Positions 8,772 through 15,817 of a stretch of 64,000 bases of DNA are shown piece after piece (within the stretch, counting starts at the first letter, position 1; the number at the start of each line of letters is the position of its first letter). The notes under the pieces were generated by a model. It searched no databases, was not told the origin of the DNA, and worked only from the letters and a program-made list of their open reading frames with translations. A program made the translations under genes and the position numbers. The DNA comes from Deltaproteobacteria bacterium (GTDB lineage Bacteria; Desulfobacterota; GWC2-55-46; JADFVP01): contig JAJCZH010000029.1 in assembly GCA_029262515.1 (NCBI GenBank), positions 1,434 through 65,433 of the forward strand, read 5' to 3'.

Positions 8772-8922
8772 GTTTATAGGCGCAACAAGGGGCAAACTTA
8801 GCATCAGGATCGTTCCGAAAAATCTCTTTAATTTCTTCAGGGAACTCCATGCTACAGTTTGGGCACTTATCAGGCAGTACGAACATGGCTGTTTTGTTAT
8901 TTTTAAAGTTTTCATTATTCAT
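8764..8922 (-). CDS. Small Cys-containing protein (52 aa, 'MNNENFKNNKTAMFVLPDKCPNCSMEFPEEIKEIFRNDPDAKFAPCCAYKLR'), not in the ORF track
   Basis: Its ATG overlaps the stop of 8922..9182 (TGATG). Confidence 0.3.
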   Translation of the reverse strand: MNNENFKNNKTAMFVLPDKCPNCSMEFPEEIKEIFRNDPDAKFAPCCAYKLR

Positions 8923-9182
8923 CACAGACCTTTTGTTTGATGTGTCGGAGCACCCTGAGCTTCTGAATTTGAAGCATCCAGGAGATTACGCAGTCGCTCC
9001 ACAGAAGGGTTCGGAATAACTACGTGTCTGTGTAGCTTATTGTCCCAAACTCTTAACAAGGTGCCGTCTTGGCATATTGAATCGATAAGCTCCTGTGAAG
9101 ATAAGTCTTCACGGAACCGGTCAAGATCAATAATTTGAATGTTTACTGAGATTTTTTTGTAATGACGTTTTGGTTTACTCAT
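8922..9182 (-). CDS. Hypothetical small protein in the cro position, divergent from the S24 repressor
   Basis: 86 aa ORF. Transcribed divergently from 9272..9898 across an AT-rich 90-bp region. Confidence 0.45.
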   Translation of the reverse strand: MSKPKRHYKKISVNIQIIDLDRFREDLSSQELIDSICQDGTLLRVWDNKLHRHVVIPNPSVERLRNLLDASNSEAQGAPTHQTKGL

Positions 9183-9271
9183 CGCAGGCCCCTTTATTTG
9201 ATGTGTATGGGTAGATATTAGAAGTATTTTTCTAATTTGTCAAGCATATATATAAATTATATTCTATTATT
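9183..9271. promoter_or_regulatory. AT-rich divergent promoter/operator region (cI/cro-like switch)
   Basis: A 'tatatataaattatattctattatt' tract between divergent regulator genes. Confidence 0.4.
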
Positions 9272-9898
9272 ATGAGCACAATCGGTCAAAGACTTAAAAA
9301 TACTAGAAAAAAAATTCTACAAATTTCGCGTGAGAAGTTTGTAGAAGGGCTTTCTATTTCCACAAAAACCCTTGAAAACTACGAAAACGACGGCACCTCT
9401 CCGGATGCCAACTTCTTCACCCTGCTTTGGGGGAAGTACCACGATCAGCTAAGCATGAGCGACCTCGACTGGATTATGTGGGGCAAGCGCATGGAGTACG
9501 AAGTCGCAACAACAACCCCGGTTCTGGGGCGTGTGCCTGCTGGCTTTCCGGAAAACATAGCCGAAGAGGATATACTCGAGTACATAAGCATGCCCGGAGC
9601 GCCGAAGGAGGCCTACTCGCTCATCATCGACGGTAACAGCATGGCCCCCGATATTAAAGACGGCGACTATGTCATTTTTTTGCCTGCAGAGCGCACCAGT
9701 ACAAACCCCGGCGACATAGTCGTCATCAACGACGAGTTCGGGCAATCTATGATAAAGCGCTATGTCCTGAAAGATGGTCAGCCGTACTTGAAAAGCGACA
9801 ACCCCGAGTACCCAGGCTTCGAACCAAATGAACATTACACGGTAATTGGTAAGGTTATTGATGTGTGGAGCAGAAAGAAAATAAGGAGCGCACCGTGA
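9272..9898 (+). CDS. LexA/CI-like repressor with an N-terminal HTH and a C-terminal S24 peptidase domain
   Basis: 'IDGNSMAPDI' is the catalytic Ser motif and 'MIKRYV' carries the catalytic Lys. HTH at the N-terminus. Confidence 0.75.
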   Translation: MSTIGQRLKNTRKKILQISREKFVEGLSISTKTLENYENDGTSPDANFFTLLWGKYHDQLSMSDLDWIMWGKRMEYEVATTTPVLGRVPAGFPENIAEEDILEYISMPGAPKEAYSLIIDGNSMAPDIKDGDYVIFLPAERTSTNPGDIVVINDEFGQSMIKRYVLKDGQPYLKSDNPEYPGFEPNEHYTVIGKVIDVWSRKKIRSAP

Positions 9899-10710
9899 AG
9901 AAGTTGATAATACTGCTATTCGTTCTGGCTCTGCCCGCAATGGCTGAAGCAGCATCCTATAACAAGGCATCGATGTACAACCAACATGGCTTAAGTGCTG
10001 AAGCCAAAAAGGAACTCATCAACCTGATCTACAGCAAGACTACTACTGTCGAAAAAGCAAAGGCACATTATCTTCTAGGCACCATCGCTTTTAATGAAAA
10101 TAATGTAAGAGTTGCACTCAAAACTTGGAAAGACCTTGTCCGCAAGTACCCGAACTCCCAAGAAGCTACCTTAGTTAAAGACCGCATTAAAGAACTGTCA
10201 GATATCGTAGGTGATATTAAAGCCGATACCCTTAAAAACGCTCTGGCACAGACATATTTACGACATGGAGACTTTTGGACCAAGAATAAAGCGAGCAGGT
10301 TTACTATTGACTCAAGCTGGCTACCAAAAGTTGAAATGGCGTTAAAGTGGTACGATAAGGTGATTGCTAAATTCCCAAAAACAGACGCTGCCCGCGTTGC
10401 ATATGAGTCGAAGCTAATGACCTTGCTGGGATGGAAAGATAGAGGACGTAATGCAACTTCATACGGCGTAAGAAAGAGCCTGACAGAATATATGCCTCAA
10501 TTACTCGAAACTTTCGCGGCATTTGAAAAAGACCACCCGGATGCCTCCTCTCTTCAGGCTTATCGTTATCAGATCGCACAAGCGTATTGGGACAATAAAG
10601 ACTGGGATAAAACACGTGAATGGTTAAACACGGTTATAACAAAGGCGGGTGATGCAGATAGCTTTTACAAGGACGCAGCACAAAGACGCCTTGAAAAAGT
10701 CGTGTATTAG
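9895..10710 (+). CDS. Secreted TPR-like repeat protein. GTG start overlaps the upstream stop; the ORF-track frame begins at 9865.
   Basis: Signal peptide 'KKLIILLFVLALPAMAEA'. Helical-repeat composition with 'AKAHYLLGTIAF...' and 'AQAYWDNKDWDKTREWL'. Confidence 0.55.
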   Translation: MKKLIILLFVLALPAMAEAASYNKASMYNQHGLSAEAKKELINLIYSKTTTVEKAKAHYLLGTIAFNENNVRVALKTWKDLVRKYPNSQEATLVKDRIKELSDIVGDIKADTLKNALAQTYLRHGDFWTKNKASRFTIDSSWLPKVEMALKWYDKVIAKFPKTDAARVAYESKLMTLLGWKDRGRNATSYGVRKSLTEYMPQLLETFAAFEKDHPDASSLQAYRYQIAQAYWDNKDWDKTREWLNTVITKAGDADSFYKDAAQRRLEKVVY

Positions 10711-10816
10711 CGCTGTTGAAGGAGATCTTTAATACTTCTGTACCATCGAGGCTGGTGACATGAGTATTGTTAATTTTATAAAATTGAAATAAAGAATATA
10801 AAAGGGAGGCACGTAC

Positions 10817-11230
10817 ATGCTCACCATCTTTGTATTATGGGTCGTACTCGCTGTCGTCGCTGGGATTGTCGCTAATAACAAGAACCGTAGCTCGGTAATT
10901 TGGGCCCTTCTCTGCTTCTTTCTCACCCCAATTCTGCTGCTTATACTCTTGGCCTTACCGAAGCTCGAACCCAAGGCGCCGCATCAAACCGGTAAGCTCA
11001 CGAGAAGGCAAGCATCGTCAGTCACACCTGCACCGATAATGGACGACCCGGGCGAGACTCGTAAATGCCCTTTCTGCGCCGAACAGATACTGGCCGAAGC
11101 GATAATCTGCAAGCATTGTGGCAAAGAGAGCAAGATAGAAAAAGTAGCAGAGAAGTGCTCACGCTGCGGCATCGAGGTACTTGAGGGAGCATCTGAATGT
11201 TTCAACGGTCACTCACAGGACTACTCCTGA
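10817..11230 (+). CDS. Membrane protein with a C-terminal zinc ribbon
   Basis: Two TM segments, then 'CPFCAEQ...CKHCG...CSRCG'. Strong RBS 'aagggagg' upstream. Confidence 0.5.
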   Translation: MLTIFVLWVVLAVVAGIVANNKNRSSVIWALLCFFLTPILLLILLALPKLEPKAPHQTGKLTRRQASSVTPAPIMDDPGETRKCPFCAEQILAEAIICKHCGKESKIEKVAEKCSRCGIEVLEGASECFNGHSQDYS

Positions 11231-11616
11231 TAGGGTTGCTCATTGCAGGGGGGACAGTTTTTGCCATATTGACACAGGGCGCAATTAACGCTTTCGCCGC
11301 GACCATGCACCCTGAGAAGACCTACCAGACCGCATGGTGTGACGAGCATAAAGGGGAAATGGAGTACGTCGTCTCTGGCGGATCCCGGGTTGATTGCCTG
11401 ACCGAGAAGTATGCTGTTGAGGTTGACTTTGCGCATAAGTGGCAAGAGGCGATCGGCCAGGCTCTATACTATGCGCGAAAGACCGACCGGGCCCCGGGCA
11501 TAGTTCTCATTATGGAAAAATCGGGCGACCACAAGTATCTCGGGCGGCTCTTCTATACCATCAAAGAACGAGATGAATTTATAAAGGTCTGGACCATCGG
11601 ACCAGGGGATCTATGA
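11197..11616 (+). CDS. Hypothetical exported/membrane-anchored protein
   Basis: N-terminal hydrophobic helix. Its 3' end 'KVWTIGPGDL*' is repeated as a scar at 12725-12761. Confidence 0.5.
   Translation: MFQRSLTGLLLIGLLIAGGTVFAILTQGAINAFAATMHPEKTYQTAWCDEHKGEMEYVVSGGSRVDCLTEKYAVEVDFAHKWQEAIGQALYYARKTDRAPGIVLIMEKSGDHKYLGRLFYTIKERDEFIKVWTIGPGDL
11578..11616 (+). repeat. Junction repeat copy A: 'ataaaggtctggaccatcggaccaggggatctatga', followed by the vestigial start 'atgagcattaaataa' (MSIK*) of the zinc-ribbon gene
   Basis: Near-identical to 12725-12764. The 'ggatctatga' junction recurs at 13721-13730, and a similar 'ggggagcctatgag' precedes zinc-ribbon copy 1 (12401-12420). Confidence 0.5.
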
Positions 11617-11626
11617 GCATTAAATA

Positions 11627-12112
11627 ATGCCAGTGTCTCTGGCAGTGAAAGGAGCGAGGGATTTGAAGAAGCTATTGATTCTTATAGGTGTGATATTTTT
11701 TATGGGGTGTGCGGCTGCACCTGTTCAACGCGCTGAACCTAAAACAATGGAGTTTCAGCAGCCTTTTGATAAGGTCTGGAGTGCCGCCGTCAGGATCATC
11801 ACTGTCGACAACGACCTGCCTATCCAGGTAATAGAAAAAGATTCCGGAATTATTACCACCGATTGGGTTACTTATGAACGCCCTGTTAAAGGCATGGGTG
11901 AGGCCTTCATGATATCCAGCTCAAATACTACTAACCCGAACATTCAGATACGTTACAAATTGAATATTAGTATTGAGAAGACCGACAACGGAACAGAGGT
12001 TTATATCCGCGATCATGTAGAGCGGTTCAGTGGTATGACTTGGAGTGTTACTAATGAACGCCCCCCGGCTCTTGAGAATATCGCGGCGGACCTGGCGGCT
12101 AGACTAAAATAG
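11627..12112 (+). CDS. Putative lipoprotein. Alternative TTG start at 11663 with RBS 'gaaaggag'.
   Basis: 'LLILIGVIFFMGC' is a lipobox-like signal peptide. Confidence 0.5.
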   Translation: MPVSLAVKGARDLKKLLILIGVIFFMGCAAAPVQRAEPKTMEFQQPFDKVWSAAVRIITVDNDLPIQVIEKDSGIITTDWVTYERPVKGMGEAFMISSSNTTNPNIQIRYKLNISIEKTDNGTEVYIRDHVERFSGMTWSVTNERPPALENIAADLAARLK

Positions 12113-12123
12113 GAGATGGACCT

Positions 12124-12399
12124 TTGGCTCTTATACAATGTCCCGAATGCAATAAAGATATCTCTGACCAAGCGGTAGCCTGCCCCCAATGCGCCCACCC
12201 AATAAAAGCCGTAACCATTGAGGCGACCGGAAAGCGATGGAAGGGTATACAGCTTATCTGTGCCCTATTTATTATAATCGGCGCTTTCTGGGCAGCGAGC
12301 AATACTCAGGGGGGGCCAGCGTTCGGTGGTATTCTTGTAGCGGTGGGGCTTATCGGTTTTATAGTAGCCCGACTGGGCGCATGGTGGGGGCACGGTTGA
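12124..12399 (+). CDS. Zinc-ribbon membrane protein (TTG start)
   Basis: 'CPECNK...CPQCAHP' then two TM helices. RBS 'aggag' 8 nt upstream. Confidence 0.45.
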   Translation: MALIQCPECNKDISDQAVACPQCAHPIKAVTIEATGKRWKGIQLICALFIIIGAFWAASNTQGGPAFGGILVAVGLIGFIVARLGAWWGHG

Positions 12400-12414
12400 T
12401 ATTATGGGGAGCCT

Positions 12415-12564
12415 ATGAGTATTAAAACCATAGACCTGACCCTCAAATGCCCGTCGTGCTCTCACGAGTGGACTGAGCACCTCGAAGTTGGAGAGATTCT
12501 CTTACGTCCACCGTGCCCGAAGTGTACCGACCAGCCAGTTTATATGCTGAAGATTAAAGCTTGA
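12415..12564 (+). CDS. Small zinc-ribbon protein, paralog copy 1 (49 aa, MSIKTIDLTLKCPSCSHEW...CPKCTDQPVYMLKIKA); not in the ORF track
   Basis: CxxC-x17-CxxC. Has two paralogs at 13727 and 15504 (about 70-80% nt identity by eye). Confidence 0.5.
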   Translation: MSIKTIDLTLKCPSCSHEWTEHLEVGEILLRPPCPKCTDQPVYMLKIKA

Positions 12565-12628
12565 GGCCGCCGATGAGACGCCTCCTTATAACAATAAAGG
12601 CAGTAACCATGCTTAGGGAGCTCAGAAC

Positions 12629-12733
12629 ATGAAGAGGTTGCTGGTCTTATTTTTTGTTCTGACTCTGCCCGCACTGGTTGTGGCCGGCGATTCTCCCGTT
12701 ATTAAGCGTTCAATCTTTGGACTCTACCTATAA
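12629..12733 (+). pseudogene. Truncated remnant (34 codons) of a secreted-protein gene paralogous to the 5' end of 9895..10710
   Basis: 'atgaagaggttgctggtcttattttttgttctgactctgcccgca' is homologous to 'gtgaagaagttgataatactgctattcgttctggctctgcccgca'. The ORF stops inside the junction repeat. Confidence 0.4.
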
Positions 12734-12764
12734 AGGTCTGGACTATCACCCGTGAGGATCTATG
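12725..12764 (+). repeat. Junction repeat copy B: 'ataaaggtctggactatcacccgtgaggatctatga', with the ATG now used by the 300-aa cargo gene
   Basis: Matches the 3' end of 11197..11616 plus the zinc-ribbon start context. Confidence 0.5.
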
Positions 12765-13664
12765 AAATCTATAAATGATCTAAATAGACAACTCGTACAG
12801 ATTAAACAAATTTTTCTTCATGGAAAGAAGCATGCTATTAGTAACAACGCCCTCGACAGGCTTCACTCTATAATTTCTTTAGATACAGCTATAGAATACT
12901 TCCTTGTTACTATCATCCACCAAGCTGATATAAAATTACCCCGCAAGGATGAGAACAACTTTGATTCAATCTTCGAAAACGCAAATATAGGGCTTAAAAA
13001 AATTAGAAATAATTCCATCGAACTACCCCATAAAACCGTCATTACAAGTAGAGTACATAAAGTACGAAACGGAGCTTGTCACAGCGGCAATATACCTAGC
13101 ACTGAAAGCATCAATACAGCCTTAATCCACACCGAAACATTTCTTAATGAAACCTTCAAGCTTTGCTTCAATAAGGCTTTTGGTGAGGTTTTTCTTGCCG
13201 ACATGATTGAGCACCAAGAAATCTGCAAGTATTTCAAAAAGGCAGAAGTAGCCATGGAAGAGAATGATCTTGAAAGTTTAACTGTTGAACTCGCAACTGG
13301 CATCCAAATTTTTAAGAATAAAGTCACCTCAGAACTACCAGGCTGGCTAAAGCAAATGGAAAGAACAGACGTCTCCACCACACTTGATGATAACCAAAGG
13401 ATACAAACTGCTCTGGGAGACATAGTAGAGTCGGTTTGCCTCCTTCGAAATTTTACAGTTTTCATTAGCCTTGGATTTACATTCCACGATTTGACACTTT
13501 TTATAGCAAAATTCCCAATTATTAATTTGAGTGTTAGCGGTAATATTCTTGGTGTACATCACGGCCGCATAAAACCCACTATGAGTGAGTGCGTTCACCT
13601 CATGAATGCCTTTTACAACATGATACTTTCATATCAGTCCAGCAATAAATCTATATGCCCATAG
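12762..13664 (+). CDS. AT-rich cargo gene 1: hypothetical 300-aa protein with a candidate HEPN-type Rx4H motif ('RNGACH'). Putative Abi-like RNase.
   Basis: Low-GC coding sequence. 'VHKVRNGACHSGNIP' at about residue 100 fits the R-[N]-x3-H HEPN signature. No other motif recognized. Confidence 0.5.
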   Translation: MKSINDLNRQLVQIKQIFLHGKKHAISNNALDRLHSIISLDTAIEYFLVTIIHQADIKLPRKDENNFDSIFENANIGLKKIRNNSIELPHKTVITSRVHKVRNGACHSGNIPSTESINTALIHTETFLNETFKLCFNKAFGEVFLADMIEHQEICKYFKKAEVAMEENDLESLTVELATGIQIFKNKVTSELPGWLKQMERTDVSTTLDDNQRIQTALGDIVESVCLLRNFTVFISLGFTFHDLTLFIAKFPIINLSVSGNILGVHHGRIKPTMSECVHLMNAFYNMILSYQSSNKSICP

Positions 13665-13726
13665 AAGATAATCAAAGAAACCTAGGCTTACCTCATGTAT
13701 CGAAACACTTTCATCCCTGAGGATCT

Positions 13727-13876
13727 ATGAAAGCCAAAACCATCGACCTGAACCTTAAATGCCCGGCCTGCTCTCACGAGTGGGCGGAGCGCCTCGATAC
13801 CGAGGGCGTATACCTCAACCCCGTCTGCCCGGAGTGTACCGAGCAGCCGGTCTACATTCTAAACATTACGGTCTAA
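13727..13876 (+). CDS. Small zinc-ribbon protein, paralog copy 2 (49 aa, MKAKTIDLNLKCPACSHEW...CPECTEQPVYILNITV); not in the ORF track
   Basis: Preceded by the 'cctgaggatctATG' junction. Its 3' half is nearly identical to copy 3. Confidence 0.5.
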   Translation: MKAKTIDLNLKCPACSHEWAERLDTEGVYLNPVCPECTEQPVYILNITV

Positions 13877-13970
13877 ACCAAGGTTTCAATCCAAGTAGGT
13901 TGCGAATAAGTGTTGTGTTAGAGGACACGTCGCATTGTATTCAAGGCACACTAGAAATCAAACGAGGTGA

Positions 13971-15431
13971 TTGATGGAATATTTTAAGCTTGGAGACATA
14001 TTTTTAGGTTTGAATGACGGAAAGAAGGAGGCATTAATTAGAAGTGATTTTGAAAGATTTTTTTATGATCATGAAAACATTCATGATCAAGTTATGAAGC
14101 CTCAAAATTTTTTGATCCTAGGTAAAAAGGGTTCTGGGAAAACAATTTTGGCTGAATATATAAATAAAACTTCTAAAAAGGATCCGCTGTGGTTCAGCGA
14201 GATAAGATCTTATAAAGATTTTAAATTTCATGAATTAGTCCAACTAAAAAGCGATGATATCAAACCTAATGAATATATTTCAATATGGGAATGGGTAATT
14301 CTATTAGATTTGGCAAGGCTTATACTACAAGATCAAGGTATCGACAATGTTGAGCTACGCAATAAATTAGAAAGTTTTTATACAAATAATTATTATTCAA
14401 TTGATATTGACTCTGGAAGGGTTGTTGAAATTACCAAAGAAAACCAAATAACTGGTACCATTCCAACTTCAATCGTAAATTTATCAGCGGGGCATGCCTC
14501 TAAATCAACAAAAGTTTCTGGAAGTTATTTTAATTATTTAGAAGGTTTGAGAGAAGTTGTGCTTGGCTTGCTAGAAGGATCGAGCAGTAAATACACCGTT
14601 TTTTATGATGAACTAGATGATCGCTTTAGAGATAATGAGTTTTATAAAGATGGTATTATCAGTTTGATAAAAGCAGCTGATAAGGTTAATTTGGAACTAC
14701 TGAGAAGAAATGTCGATGCCAAAATATCAATTTTGCTAAGGTCGGACATTTTCTACATACTTAATGACCCCGATCTTAATAAGATAAAAATGGATAATTC
14801 CTTGGTAATCGATTGGGGTAATATTGTGTCACAACAATCTCCTCTTTTTAAGTTGATTCTATCAAAGATCAGGACGTCTCTACCAGCCATAGAAAAGAAA
14901 AGTGATGATCAACTTTTTTCTTTATTGTTCCCTCAAGGAATTAAAGGTATTGATCCCGAGAGGTATATACTTGAAAGGACTCTCTTCCGCCCTCGGGATG
15001 TAATAACAATGTTGAACCTAATAATAAAAAAATATCCGAAGACTGGTTATTTTGGCTGGAAGGGTTTTATAGATATTAAGAAAGCTTATTCAGAGTATTT
15101 TTTTCAAGAAATAAGGAATGAGTTGTGTGGACATTTGAGCGATAAAGAAATAGATCAATCAACATTAATGATTAAACAATATAATAAGCACTTTTTTTAT
15201 TTTGATGAAATCAAGGAGTACCACAAGAAAAATATCGCAATCTATCCAGATATAAATTTAGAGAAAATTTTAAGATTATTTTTCAAATTTAATATAATAG
15301 GAAATACGTGGTTCAACAAATATAAAAATAGAAACTACTATTGTTGGGCTTATCGGGATAATAAGGCGGAAGTCGACTTTAAGAAGAAGTTTGTCATTCA
15401 TCTAGGCTTAAGAGAAGAGCTATCACTATAA
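13971..15431 (+). CDS. AT-rich cargo gene 2: KAP-family-like P-loop NTPase (putative defense/abortive-infection ATPase)
   Basis: Walker A 'LGKKGSGKT' near residue 52. Walker B 'VFYDELDD' about 160 aa later, which is the long A-B spacing typical of KAP NTPases. 'FRPRDVITMLNLI' resembles the KAP 'PRxIKRxxN' motif. Very low GC. Confidence 0.6.
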   Translation: MMEYFKLGDIFLGLNDGKKEALIRSDFERFFYDHENIHDQVMKPQNFLILGKKGSGKTILAEYINKTSKKDPLWFSEIRSYKDFKFHELVQLKSDDIKPNEYISIWEWVILLDLARLILQDQGIDNVELRNKLESFYTNNYYSIDIDSGRVVEITKENQITGTIPTSIVNLSAGHASKSTKVSGSYFNYLEGLREVVLGLLEGSSSKYTVFYDELDDRFRDNEFYKDGIISLIKAADKVNLELLRRNVDAKISILLRSDIFYILNDPDLNKIKMDNSLVIDWGNIVSQQSPLFKLILSKIRTSLPAIEKKSDDQLFSLLFPQGIKGIDPERYILERTLFRPRDVITMLNLIIKKYPKTGYFGWKGFIDIKKAYSEYFFQEIRNELCGHLSDKEIDQSTLMIKQYNKHFFYFDEIKEYHKKNIAIYPDINLEKILRLFFKFNIIGNTWFNKYKNRNYYCWAYRDNKAEVDFKKKFVIHLGLREELSL

Positions 15432-15503
15432 ACCCTCATTAGTAACGCTGTGATGGCCTGCCGTACAGCTCTTCATTCGGGCGGCCATCTACCCAAGGAA
15501 TTT

Positions 15504-15647
15504 ATGAAGACCATCGACCTGACCCTAAAATACCCGAAGTGCTCTCACGAGTGGATAGTGCGCCTCGATGCCGAGGAGGTCTACCTCAACCCCGTCTGTC
15601 CAGAGTGTACCGAGCAGCCGGTCCTTATCCTTAACATCACGGTCTAA
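15504..15647 (+). CDS. Small zinc-ribbon protein, paralog copy 3 (47 aa, MKTIDLTLKYPKCSHEW...CPECTEQPVLILNITV). The first Cys is replaced by Tyr.
   Basis: Inside ORF-track entry 15450..15647. Homologous to copies 1 and 2. Confidence 0.45.
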   Translation: MKTIDLTLKYPKCSHEWIVRLDAEEVYLNPVCPECTEQPVLILNITV

Positions 15648-15751
15648 GCCAGAGAACAGCATTCAAACCTCATTATCCAAATTTAGCATGATCAAGAGTA
15701 CTTCCTGTAGTCCGCACATTCCAACCACGCTTCCACATGCAACACTTCTAC

Positions 15752-15796
15752 CGGAAATAAACAAAGCCCACCAGTCATTACGACCAGTGGGCTTCA
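15752..15796 (-). terminator. Hairpin ('aagcccac'/'gtgggctt', 8-bp stem) with a T-rich tail on the minus strand. Likely terminator for the PEP-CTERM gene.
   Basis: Lies between convergent genes. The minus-strand read gives a stem-loop then 'tttgtttatttcc'. Confidence 0.35.
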
Positions 15797-15817
15797 AAAC
15801 CTTCTGATTTAAAACTC

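Noticed and set aside
8731-8940. 69-aa plus-strand ORF
   Set aside because: It overlaps the better-supported minus-strand small ORF (8764-8922), which is translationally coupled to 8922..9182. The plus-strand translation is low-complexity and has no RBS.
12566-12628. Possible attC-like or integron recombination site between zinc-ribbon copy 1 and the truncated fragment
   Set aside because: There is no imperfect inverted-repeat structure with R''/L''-R'/L' core characteristics and no nearby IntI-type integrase. The nearby integrase is a phage-type tyrosine recombinase and the resolvase is serine-type. The cassette architecture is therefore not a classical integron.
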